Assembly: GCA_030141605.1 (NCBI GenBank)
Contig: JAQGDQ010000265.1
Span: 1-64,000 of the forward strand
DNA from: Tubiluchus corallicola
Taxonomy: Eukaryota > Animalia > Priapulida
DNA: 64,000 nt
Reading direction: 5' to 3'
The position numbers and the translations under genes are program-made. Positions 13,401-32,621 of the stretch are shown piece by piece. The notes beneath the pieces were generated by a model that was not told the DNA's origin, made no database searches, and saw only the letters and a program-made list of their open reading frames with translations. Each line of letters opens with the position of its first letter. Position 1 is the first letter of the stretch.

Positions 13401-16400
13401 GCTAAAAACTAAGAGACCTGTAGTGGCGAGCATTTTGACACACTTGGAGCCACCCATTTGGTAAGTTCTGGGATGGTAAATCATGGTTTGGTTTTTTTTA
13501 GTTGGTATGAAATGATGTCTTTAAATGATTCATTTATCTTTCGTTATAGTAACTCACTTGCAGCCATCACATCTGATGAGTTCTGGAATACATTCACAAC
13601 AAGACAAAAACATGGTAAGTGCTGCACAAAAGCTACAGAGTTGGTGATTCTGGGATGAACTGGTCCCTTACTTCTCAGTTAATGTTTGATACGTATTTAC
13701 GTGATTAATTTGCATTTTTCAAATAGCAAACCTAAATGCAGCCATCTCCAAATGGTGAGTTCTGGGATGGTTAAATCATGATTCGGTTCTTTCCTGTTTT
13801 TAGTTTGATATGAAATGATATCTTTGAAAGATAATTTATGTTTTATTATGGATTTAGAACTGATTTGCAGCCACCCCACCTGTTGAGTTCTGGCAAGTTT
13901 TGGTAATAAAAACCAAATCACACTAATTAATGCGTAGAAAGCTGTAGACTGAAAATATTCTGCTAAAAACTAAGAGACCTGTAGTGGCAAGCATCTTGAC
14001 ACACTTGGAGCCACCCATTTGGTAAGTTCTGGGATGGTTAAATCATGGTTTAGTTTTTTTTTAGTTGGTATGAAATGATGTCTTTAAATGATTCATTTAT
14101 CTTTCATTATAGTAACTCACTTGCAGCCATCACATCTGATGAGTTCTGGAATACATTCACAACAAGACAAAAACATGGTAAGTGCTGCACAAAAAGCTAC
14201 AGAGTTGGTGAGTTCTGGGATGAACTGGTCCCTTACTTCTCAGTTAATGTTTGATACATATTTACGTGATTAATTTGCATTTTTTCAGGTAGGAAACCCT
14301 AAATGTAGCCATCTCCTAATGGTGAGTTCTGGGATGGTTAAATCATGATTTGGTTCTTTCCTGTTTTTAGTTTGATATGAAATAATGCCTTTGAAAGATA
14401 ATTTATGTTTTATTATGGATTTAGAACTGATTTGCAGCCACCCCACCTGTTGAGTTCTGGCAAGTTTTGGTGATAAAAACCAAATCACATTAATTAATGC
14501 ATACAAAGCTGTACACTGAAAATATTCTGCTAAAAACTAAGAGACCTGTAGTGGAGAGTATTTCGATACACTTGGAGCCACACATTTGGTAAGTTCTGAG
14601 ATGGTAAATCATGGTTTGGTTCTTTATCTTTTTAGTTTGGTATGAAATGATGTCTTTAAATGATTCATTTATCTTTCGTTATAGTAACTCACTTGCAGCC
14701 ATCACATCTGATGAGTTCTGGAATACATTCACAACAAGACAAAAACATGGTAAGTGCTGCATAAAAAGCTACAGAGTTGGTGAGTTCTGGGATGAACTGG
14801 TCCCTTACTTCTCCGTTAATGTTTGATACGTATTTACGTGATTAATTTGCATTTTTTCAGGTAGGAAACCCTAAATGTAGCCATCTCCTAATGGTGAGTT
14901 CCGGGATGGTTAAATCATGATTCGGTTCTTTCCTGTTTTTAGTTTGATATGAAATGATATCTTTGAAAGATAATTTATGTTTTATTATGGATTTGGAACT
15001 GACTTGCAGCCACCCCACCTGTTGAGTTCTGGCAGGTTTTGGTAATAAAAACCAAATCACGTTAATTAATGCAAACAAAGCTGTAGACTGAAAATATTCT
15101 GCTAAAAACTAAGAGACCTGTAGTGGTGAGTATTTCGACACACTTGGAGCTACACATTTGGTAAGTTCTGGGATGGTTAAATCATGGTTTAGTTTTTTTT
15201 AGTTGGTATGAAATGATGTCTTTAAATGATTCATTTATCTTTTGTTGTAGTAACTCACTTGCAGCCATCACATCTGAGGATTTCTGTGAAACTTTGGTAA
15301 CAAAAACCGAAACATGGTAATTACTGCATACAAATCTGTAGATTGAAAACATTCAGCAAAAAATTAAAGCCCGGAGTGGGTACTATTTTAGTACACTAGC
15401 AGCAACCCGCTGGTGAGTTCTGGAATACATTCACAATAAGACAAAGCATGGTAAGTGCTGCATAAAGAGCTACAGAGTTGGTGAGTTCTGGGATAAACTG
15501 GTCCCTTACTTCTCAGTTAATGTTTGATACGTTTTACGTGATTAATTTGCATTTTTTCAGGTAGGAAACCCTAAATGTAGCCATCTCCTAATGGTGAGTT
15601 CCGGGATGGTTAAATCATGATTCGGTTCTTTCCTGTTTTAGTTTGATATGAAATAATGTCTTTGACAGATTAATTGATGTTTTATTATGGATTTGGATCT
15701 GACTTGCAGCCACTGCACCTGTTGAGTTCTGGCAAGTCTTGGTAATAAAAACCAAATCACGTTAATTAATGCATACAAAGCTGTAGACTGAAAATATTCT
15801 GCTAAAAACTAAGAGACCTGTAGTGGCGAGTATTTCGACACACTTGGAGCTACACACTTGGTAAGTTCTGAGATGGTAAATCATGGTTTGGTTCTTTATC
15901 TTTTTAGTTTTGTATGAAACAATGTCTTTGAGTGAGTAATTTATCTTTTGTTGTAGCAACTCACTTGCAGCCATCACATCTGAGGATTTCTGTGAAACTT
16001 TGGTAACAAAAACCGAAACATGGTAATTACTGCATACAAATCTGTAGATTGAAAACATTCAGCAAAAAACTAAAGCCTGAAGTGGGTACTATAACAGCCA
16101 CCCGCTGGTGAGTTCTGGAATACATTCACAATAAGACAAAGTATGGCAAGTGCTGCATAAAAGGCTACAGAGTTGGTGAGTTCTGGGATAAACTGGTCCC
16201 TTACTTCTCAGTTAATGTTTGATACGTATTTACGTGATTAATTTGCATTTTTTCAGGTAGGAAACCCTAAATGTAGCCATCTCCTAATGGTGAGTTCTGG
16301 GATGGTTAAATCAAGATTCGGTTCTTTCCTGTTTTTAGTTTGATATGAAATGTTATCTTTGAAAGATTAATTTATGTTTTATTATGGATTTAGAACTGAT

Positions 16401-18945
16401 TTGCAGCCACCCCACCGGTGAGTTCTGGCAAGTTTTGGTAATAAAAACCAAATCACGTTAATTAATGCGTACAAAGCTGTAGACTGAAAATATTCTGCCA
16501 AAACCTAAGAGAGCTGTAGTGGCGAGCATTTCGACACACTTGGAGCCACCCATTTGGTAAGTTCTGTGATGGTTAAATCATGGTTTGGTTCTTTTTGTTG
16601 GTATGAAATGATGTCTTTAAATGATTTATTTATCTTTCATTATAGTAACTCACTTGCAGCCATCACATCTGGTGAGTTCTGGAATACATTCGCAACAAGA
16701 CAAAAACATGGTAAGTGTTGCATAAAAAGCTACAGAGTTGGTGTGTTCTGGGATGGACTGGTCCCTTACTTCTCAGTTAATGTTTGATACGTATTTACGT
16801 GATTAATTTGCATTTTTTCAGGTAGGAAACCCTAAATGTAGCCATCTCCTAATGGTGAGTTCCATGATGGTTAAATCATGATTTGGCTCTTTCCTGTTTT
16901 TAGTTGGATATGAAATAATGTCTTTGACAGATTAATTGATGTTTTATTATGGATTTGGATCTGACTTGCAGCCACCCCACCTGTTGAGTTCTGGCAAGTT
17001 TTGGTAATAAAAACCAAATCACGTTAATTAATGCATACAAAGCTGTAGACTGAAAATATTCTGCCAAAACCAAAGAGACCTGTAGTGGAGAGTATTTCGA
17101 CACACTTGGAGCCACCCATTTGGTAACTTCTGGGATGGTTAAATCATGGTTTGGTTCTTTATCTTTTTAGTTTTGTATGAAACGATTTCTTTGAGTGACT
17201 AATTTATCCTTTGTTGTAGTAACTCACTTGCAGCCATCACATCTGAGGATTTCTGTGAAACTTTGGTAACAAAAACCGAAACATGGTAATTACTGCATAC
17301 AAATCTGTAGATTGAAAACATTCAGCAAAAAACTAAAGCCTGGAGTGGGTACTATTTTAGTACACTAGCAGCCACCCGCTGGTGAGTTCTGGAATACATT
17401 CACAATAAGACAAAGCATGGTAAGTGCTGCATAAAAAGCTACAGAGTTGGTGAGTTCTGGGATAAACTAGTCCCTTACTTCTCAGTTAATGTTTGATACG
17501 TTTTACGTGATTAATTTGCATTTTTTCAGGTAGGAAACCCTAAATGTAGCCATCTCCTAATGGTGAGTTCTGGGATGGTTAAATCAAGATTCGGTTCTTT
17601 CCTGTTTTTAGTTTGATATGAAATGTTATCTTTGAAAGATTAATTTATGTTTTATTATGGATTTAGAACTGATTTGCAGCCACCCCACCGGTGAGTTCTG
17701 GCAAGTTTTGGTAATAAAAACCAAATCACGTTAATTAATGCGTACAAAGCTGTAGACTGAAAATATTCTGCCAAAACCTAAGAGAGCTGTAGTGGCGAGC
17801 ATTTCGACACACTTGGAGCCACCCATTTGGTAAGTTCTGTGATGGTTAAATCATGGTTTGGTTCTTTTTGTTGGTATGAAATGATGTCTTTAAATGATTT
17901 ATTTATCTTTCATTATAGTAACTCACTTGCAGCCATCACATCTGGTGAGTTCTGTAATACATTCACAACAAGACAAAAACATGGTAAGTGTTGCATAAAA
18001 AGCTACAGAGTTGGTGTGTTCTGGGATGGACTGGTCCCTTACTTCTCAGTTAATGTTTGATACGTATTTACGTGATTAATTTGCATTTTTTCAATTAGGA
18101 AACCCTAAATGTAGCCATCTCCTAGTGGTGAGTTCCATGATGGTTAAATCATGATTTGGCTCTTTCCTGTTTTTAGTTTGATATGAAATAATATGTTTGA
18201 CAGATTAATTGATGTTTTATTATGGATTTGGAACTGACTTGCAGCCACCCCACCTGTTGAGTTCTGGTAAGTTTTGGTATGAAATGATGTCTTTAAGTGA
18301 TTAATTTATCTTTTGTTGTAGTAATTCACATGCAGTCATCACATCTGGGGATTTCTGTGAAACTTTGGTAACAAAAACCAAATCACGTTAATTAATATAT
18401 ACAAATCTGTAGATTGAAAACATTTAGCCAAAAAACTAAGGCATGGAGTGAGGATTATTTTGATAAACTAGCAATTACCCGCTAGTGAGTTCTGGAATAC
18501 ATTCAGATAAGACAAAAACGTGATAACCTCCTCACGGGGTGACCCAGCCATCCAAACTGAGTTCTAAGAAGCTTTAGCAACAGAAACAAAAACATGCTAA
18601 TCAGAGGAAACTAATGATTGAAATGATGAACACTCTGACACACTTGCAGCCACTCAGTTTGTGTTTGGGGATTCTTTAATAATTACACAAAAGCATGCTG
18701 AATGCTGCATACAAAGGTGTGCTTTACATATTCAATCAAAAACTAAAAGCTTGAGCAGGAAACATTACTTTTTAATCCAAGTTTGAGACATGTCTTTATG
18801 CGATTAACTTATATTTTTATTCTAGGTTTGGAACTCAGATGCAGCCACCTCCCCGTGGTGAGTTCTGGGATGCTTTGATAATGAAAGCAAAGCATGCTAA
18901 GTGCTGCATAAAAAACTGTAGCAAAAACTAAAGCATGGAGACCGC
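1473..18945. repeat. Complex modular satellite array, ~29 units of ~570/~700/~300 bp
   Basis: The block ending ...atg(t/c)agccatctcc(t/a)aatggtgagttc recurs at about 1530, 1970, 2270, 2836, 3536, 4103, 4677, 5248, 5819, 6387, 7084, 7653, 8348, 8920, 9616, 10188, 10892, 11193, 11889, 12459, 13157, 13720, 14286, 14858, 15558, 16254, 16818, 17526 and 18092. Identical short ORFs recur in the track at the same periods. Both ends are more diverged than the centre. Confidence 0.97.
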
Positions 18946-20099
18946 TATATTTTGGCTTGGCATTAAGCTGTTACTTGATTTTTTTGTCTTCAGTTATTGC
19001 TTGACAAATCTGCTTTCTTATTTTCACTTATACATTTTCATTTTTTTTGTTTGTTTAAACATCTCAGAGATTATAAACCATTTTGTTTTTACAATCTACT
19101 TGCATGCTAAGTGCGGGTGTCACAGTTAGTTAGTAACTTATTGACAAATATGCAAGTACTTTTTCAAATGCATAACATTAAAAAACAGTTTGCTTTCAAT
19201 GTGACTACAAAATTGGAAAGCACTGGGTAACAATTCCGCAGGTAACTAATTCTGAGTAAACAATTCTGCAGGTCGCTGTTCACCTAAGAGAAACGAACTC
19301 AAGTCCATAAACTGCAATTCGTTATAATTGTTGCGTATGTTATGTGTAAGTACGGTGGTCACAAATTATAATTATGTATTTCTGCTTGAATACAGCCACA
19401 AATACACAATCGCTGATCTCTAAGAATACGGGACCACCTTCCTGTTTTTATAAGTAAATTATCCACGATAAGATGTAATCTCGACACGCGAACTCTTTCA
19501 GAGTAAATACGATGAACAAATAAACTGGTAGAATAAGAAATGCATTAGTAGAGAAGCTAAAGCACCATTGGATTTACAATTTTAGATCAGCAAACTGGTG
19601 TGGTCACGGTTACAAAATCTTGTTTAATAGTAGATTGGTCCAATGCAACCGAAGTCTAACAGAATGATGGGATGCTGAAGTGGACTTTGTCACTGGATAA
19701 TAGCTATTGGGTCACTGGACATGGTAGTGGGATCGATAAAATGGTGATCTCAAGTACTTGCAGACAGCCAAGCTGCATTGGTGTCCTTACCAGTTTTGTT
19801 ATTTGTTATCCAGGCGTATTCGTTGAATTTTATTTGTTGTATTTGCCCATGTAGTGTTCTCTGTAAATTTACATCGTTACTCTTTGGAGTTTAACAAACT
19901 TTTTCTTGCACACCGAGTTTTCAATAGAAGAAATGTAATGAAATACTTGTGCGCAACAACATGCTCTGAATTGAAAAAATTAAGGCCTTTAGATGAGGAC
20001 ATTACAGATCTGGTATGAGATATGGGATTCGGTTCTTAAAGTTCCGTTTTTTGTAGCACTTCCTGTGAACTACATGCCCTGGCTTTGGAAAATTTAGAT

Positions 20100-20560
20100 T
20101 GCTGTTCCAGGACGTTACGGATTTGGTGTCAAAAGTGGGATACAAACTGTAGACTAAAAATATTTATAGTCAAAATCTAAAACTTTGTGTAGTGAACAGT
20201 TTGCACTGTAACGTGTTTGTAACGTGTTTCACTAATTCATTGTATTATTTGACTAATTCATTTGTGTTCACTTTTTGCTTAGAAGTTTTGCTTTTCTGTT
20301 CTCACATAGCTTAAAAGTCTGATTACAAACCATTTTATCTTTACAATCTAGATTTGAAACAAAGTCTTTACACGATTAAATTATCTTTTTACTCTAGGTT
20401 TGGAACTCTTTTTTAGTTCCAGGGTGTTTTTACACTTTACCTTTTAGTTCAAATATGAGAGTATATGTTTATACTTGTATAATTAATTTATCATTTGTTC
20501 TAGGTTTAGAACTTATATTATTTTTTACCTATTGTGAATCTATAGGCTAAAATTTTAGCT
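20100..20560. repeat. Diverged relic copies of the satellite blocks
   Basis: aaactgtagactaaaaatattt (~20145), cgattaaattatctttttactctaggtttggaact (~20373-20407) and aattaatttatcatttgttctaggtttagaact (~20481-20513) match array blocks and the terminal copy at ~18800-18835. Confidence 0.65.
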
Positions 20561-21156
20561 TATAAAAGACTAAAATTTCTCAAACCAGCTAAACAGTCTT
20601 TCATTCAATGTGCTATTAAGCAGATGAATGAATGAATGAATGAATGAACGAACCAAAAAATAAAAGAATATTAAAATAAACAAGCAGTAATGCTTTCAGA
20701 ATTAGACAAGTAATTTGCTTGTCTAACTGACTGTTATTGAGCGTGGACGACTTTTATGCTTTTATGCTTAATGTGCCTGTAAAACTGCTGAACATAAATT
20801 GTGGACAAATTTTACTAGCAATTGATTGAAGTTTCAGCAGTAGCATTAGCAATGGTGTGCACGCAATTGTCAATTAGCAGATTAGCAATGAAAGCTAATC
20901 GTGCTCATTTATCTAAACTTTCTTACCCCTTGAAACAAACAGATGGCCACTCTTACAAAACTAACAGACGAATGAATGTATTAATGAATAACTGAACAGA
21001 TGAATACTCAAATACACACGAATTTTTACTTGGGCATAAAAATCAGTTTTCACGTTTATATATACCGCGCACGCCAACTTCATCTCAAGTTAAATAAGGA
21101 TGAAATTCTTTCAAAAAGCATACCTAGTTCACGTAAGCAACAAAGCGAGAGCAAGA

Positions 21157-21203
21157 GCAGCAGCAGTAGCAATAACAATAACAACAACAACAACAACAAC
21201 AGT
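21157..21203. repeat. (AGC)n/(AAT)/(AAC)n trinucleotide microsatellite
   Basis: agcagcagcagtagcaataacaataacaacaacaacaac... Confidence 0.85.
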
Positions 21204-23715
21204 AAAAAGGCATACGTAACTCTCCAAGTTAATTTTCCTTCACAAATTCTAAATCTACAATAAACAAAACAGTTGACTATCTCATGGCAAAGGATTAGCT
21301 CATTTCCCCTACGTATTGTCTTGATTCATTCGCACGCGATAAGATTTAGTTTACATGTGACATTCTCAGTCTCAGACATAGGTAAATGAGGCAGAAGTAA
21401 AACAAAAGAACAACAAATTGCTCAGGAAGTGATAGATAAACTGATAGATTAGGCGTAAACTGCTACAGCACAACGTGAATAGCCAACTCTGTCCATTATC
21501 ACCTATATAAGCCAATAGAAAAGACAGCAGTTGTGGTCAATTTAACAAAATAACTATCGCATACCACTGTTAAAACTCATGACATGTCAACGAAACTCAA
21601 ATGATATATTGAACAATTCCAAAGTTAACAGCAGCATTGATAATGGCTATAGCTGCAGCAACTGGGATGATGGTGGTTGTTACCTGGTGACAACAGCAGT
21701 AACGACAACACCAACAACAACAATAATAACAACAACCACGCAACACAATATTAGTACAACACATTCATTTGCTTTTCAGAATTTTATACTAAAATGGGTT
21801 AAGCTAAATTAAAGCACTTACTAACTCTTTCATCGCACCACATAGTGCAATGCACATTTTCGTCCATTCATTTATGTAGACATCAATACATGCACAATGC
21901 ACGCTAATTTCTTAAACAAAGCAAGCAAGCAAACAAAGAAACACTGCATTTTGAGACGTGGTACAAGGGCTTCATTGATGCAACACGCATTCATTCATTC
22001 ATTCATTCACGTTTTTTTAAAAAAAATTCATGTATCTGTAGCAAAAATATGTTGAACTGTTACAATGAACAAGCTATCTGGTATCAATATTACAAAAATT
22101 AAATTTTTGACACTTATACCTACACACATATATATATGTACATACATATATATGCTGGGATTTGGTGGATGGACTGTATTGATTCAACATGCAGTCATTC
22201 ATTTATTCCCTTTTCTAAAATGTAAGCAATATCAAAAGCAAGGAAGACATTAAAACATACACACACCTTTTTTGGTGCAAAAGTAAAGATTTGATTTTTA
22301 ATAAAATAAAGATGGCTTGATTAACCATTATTTAAATGCCTGTTTAGTCAGCCGAGTTTACTTGCCGCTAGTTTAGCAATTAACGTGGGATTAATGCAAA
22401 ACAAAACTCGTTTATCTCTTGCTGCCTGCTTTGCTGTCTACTACACGACAGCAAGTTAACCAGATATAGAGCCGGCATATAAGGACTCATCGATATTGCA
22501 ACATTTGCAACATACTTAAAAAAGCTAAAGATCGTAAAAATAATCATCTGCAATTTTGTAGCTGTAATGATAAGAGTTTGTTCATTAATATTTTGTTCTT
22601 GTTTTTTGGATGATTTTATCTGATGTTTATTAAACCATCCTGTCATCGCAGTAGGTGATCAAACCGCCTCAGAATTCAAATAAACACACTACTTAGATGT
22701 TAGGCTGCCTTCTGCTGTTCTGCTGAGACAACTAATGTTCAGTCATATAATGTCCCATAAACCTTAATCAAACTTCAACCTTACTACCGCTTTAGCTATA
22801 GTTATAAATGACCTGTCAAAACTAGTGAACTCTGCTATATTTTTGAAGAGACAAGCCGCTTGTGAGTCGTAACCCATAAGTGAAAACCTATACGAAAGCC
22901 AACTAGGATGCTCTTTCCAAATAAAACGCACTTTTCAGTGGTCTAAAATAATTATTTCATAGCCATTTTGCAAACATTTCGTTTAACTCCTTGAAAAAAG
23001 AAAGCCATAGAAATTGGTCGTGGCCTTTGCAAAATGCAACTCTGGAATATAAAATCGTTTAACAATTCACGAGCTGCACCTGCCTCGCACTGCCGTTGTT
23101 ATAAATGTCTGAAATTTATTTCCCAGTAATAATGTTGCTGCTACACCTACAAATTTTCCCAGGTGATGTTACGACATCCGTTTTACGACTGGCGACTGGG
23201 AGATGCCTCAATTATTTATGAATACAGAAGACCCAAGCTCCGAGCTCTGTCAGCAAGCAAGACAGCAATTAGGCGAGCAGAAATCTTAATTAAAGCAGAA
23301 ATCCCTCCAGGATATTGATAATAAATGCGGCATATGAACCATGTAAGCCGCGCACGCACTATTATATTATACTCTTGAAAGCTGGTGCAAATGGACGCAC
23401 GAATGGGGAACTATTATGCTACGTTCTTGCTTAGATTAGATGGAAGCTTCTAGTCAACTAAACAAAAAGATACTCTAATGAATAATGTTAAGCTGATTGG
23501 CTAAATAACAACCACTAAAATGGTTTGTTTAGTCCAGCTAAATAGCCATTAAATTTTGTGATAGTCTTAATAAATGGGTTTCTTTGCCTATGTTGGCCAA
23601 TAAGATGAAGAAAAGCAACAAAATGTCTTGCTTTCTGGCCTCGTAACCAAATCGTTAATTTTTTGGCCAGGCCTGCTAAGTCACACTTTTGCGTAAGATT
23701 CAGTGATAGGACAAA

Positions 23716-23880
23716 ATGATAATGATGGTGGTGGTAAAAACGATGATGATGACGAAGATGATGATGATGATTATTACAATAAGGATGATGATAAGAATAA
23801 TAACGATGACGATGATAATAATAATGATGATGATGATGATGATGATGATCATAATGATGATGATGATGATGATGATGATA

Positions 23881-23922
<42 letters not shown>

Positions 23923-23965
23923 GTGACAGTAATGATAATGAATAATGATAATGATAATGATGATA
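23716..23965. repeat. (GAT)n/(AAT) microsatellite
   Basis: Long gatgatgat run; source of the spurious poly-D and poly-M ORFs. Confidence 0.95.
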
Positions 23966-24094
23966 TTTAATAAACGGCCAATAATAGGTAATACACGATA
24001 AAGGTAATAATATTAATCGAATTGCAAAATTTCATTTAGTACAATAATTTTGATTAGCAAATCCCTAAGCAATCCCAGCTGCTGCATTACGTAC

Positions 24095-30592
<6,498 letters not shown>

Positions 30593-30712
30593 TGCTAATC
30601 AGTTTAGCTGCAACAATTTGCCGGTAATTTGACAGCCAAAATAACGGCTCGTGTAAGCAGTATATTTCTGGTTTATATCAAATTTGAAAAGTCACACTCT
30701 TACATCAACAGG

Positions 30713-30721
30713 CTTTATATA
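30713..30721 (-). promoter_or_regulatory. Candidate TATA box of the CCN-like gene
   Basis: TATATAAAG on the minus strand ~120 bp upstream of ATG 30592. The background is AT-rich, and an upstream non-coding exon (donor AAG|gtaaga at 31467) is an alternative. Confidence 0.3.
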
Positions 30722-32620
30722 ATTCAGGCTGTGAAGTTTGTCCCATGTTATCATTCATGTTTCTATCATTTATAGTTGCGCAAAATTTCAGTAGTTATCA
30801 ACAATTTTTAATTAATTATTTTGATTATGCGTATGCTTGATCGATCATACTTTGCAACATTGTCAATTCAAGTAACAACATTGCATAGCACGTGATTGTA
30901 ATACTACTCCACCGTCTCCGATTATGTCTCTTCCGGCATCACTACAGAAACTTAATTCATTGCAGAAACGTCATTCAGCCCTTTTTCCCATTCACATGAG
31001 TCTTCACTTGCACACTTCGCAGGGTTTACGATTAGTACATTGATAAGAACGGCTCAACGATTTGAAGACTAAGTTTATTCACCATGATGCACCAGTTTAT
31101 ACATGGCGTGAATTTACGGCATCGGCATTGTCTTATACGGCACACTGTACTTGTGTTTACAATAACGTAATAACACGTACCAAAAGCACAAATTCAATCT
31201 ATGCCTTTATAAAAACTGCCTACATTCATGACTTGATTCTAACTTTTTCTAATTCATAGTGCCATTCTTGGCACGCAGTATGAACACACAGCAAAGTTTG
31301 CAACTCACTACACGGCACAGCATCTACTACCTGTTCTGTAAAGAAGCCGGCTTTGTGCGAAGCCACGCAGCAAGCCACGTGAAGCATTCAAGTGTTGCCA
31401 GGATTTCAACTCCACTGAGCCGCTCATATCGATCCTTTTCGAATATCAGGAAGCTGACGATCTTACCTTGTAGAGGTTCTGTGTCATTAGCTGCTGTGCA
31501 CGTTGCACAACTTGAGAGATATTATACGCACACAGATCCCACGGGGTGGCTGTTATTGTCCTGGAAACAACCTGGCAAGTACTCTCATGAGACGAGGCTT
31601 CGCGTATCATTAGGTTCATATGATGCAATCAACCTGCCGAACAGTAATGAAATAAGTCTAATGAATTATAGTCATCTGTGTTGCACATGTCAATTGTTCC
31701 TTATAATACATTACTGGTGTGGATAGTTTTCGTTAACAAGAGCACGTGTTTATACTTATTAATTATTAATACGTGTTTTATTAAGTGTTTGTTTATTAAT
31801 GCGTGTTTTATTTTTTATTTCCGATTTAATGAACTTCACTACAATGGACAGCTAAATACTTCTTTAGAATTTTTATTTGGTTGCGTAACACGAGCACATA
31901 GTAATCAAAAATCATAATCAAGTTGCATTATGAAAGCGAGCACTTTCATAGGGAGGGTGCTTTTGGTAGCCTACACCCAACAGTTGATAGGTTACAAAAA
32001 GCGTAACAGTTCTTCCAATATTCCTGAAAGACTAGCTTTTGTTAGGGACTTCGCGGTTATGTGCGTAAATTCTCCAAGCCTTGGATTTGGTCCATATTTT
32101 GGCTTAATTATTTTCTTCTTAAATATTGTAATTCTTGGGATTATTTAGGTTGTGTAGGCCCTCTATTTACTACGGATCTGCGTGATGATGAGTCCATGAA
32201 AGCGCAGTTAGAAGAACTTTACGTAAGGGCAAGTACCTCATTAGTTAAGTTTTCTATATGTTGTGTAAATAAGATAATAACTTTGTTCACATCGCATTAG
32301 CTTCAATTTATTACATGTGCCTTGTGACGTAACTTCTTCCCGTGCAACTATACTGTGTTAAAGGTGGCTCCAATAACGCGTTTCGTAGGCTCTTCAACTT
32401 TTTGGGAATATGTACTACAAATGAAAAATTTGTCAGCTTTAATATTTCTAACCATGATGTCATTACAAGAAAGATAACTGTAGCGGGCTGACAGAGCTTT
32501 CTAATGATGTAATTGGTAAACTGTATTTTTACTGTTCATTTCATGAAACAAATATATGGACCTATTGGTACAGATATATATATATGTGCTGTGTTCCTCT
32601 ATGTATTGTATATTTTACTG

Positions 32621-32621
32621 A

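Noticed and set aside
1580-18060. Dozens of near-identical 60-105 aa ORFs (MIHLSFIIV..., MYALINVIW...) as a peptide gene family
   Set aside because: They occur on both strands and in several frames, are made and broken by homopolymer indels, often start at non-ATG codons and show no recognisable domain; they are by-products of the repeat.
1473-18945. CRISPR-like array (palindromic ~35-bp motif separated by spacers)
   Set aside because: The spacers are 70-140 bp, fall into a few mutually homologous classes repeated dozens of times, the motif is degenerate, there are no cas genes and the context is eukaryotic.
21610-21640. Candidate second half of the CCN VWC domain (CC..W.C spacing on minus strand)
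   Set aside because: Reads C-C-stop-L-W-N-C and lacks a convincing acceptor.
31259-31726. 155-aa + strand ORF
   Set aside because: GTG start, no recognisable motif or splice context; it lies in the probable promoter/5'UTR region of the CCN-like gene on the opposite strand.
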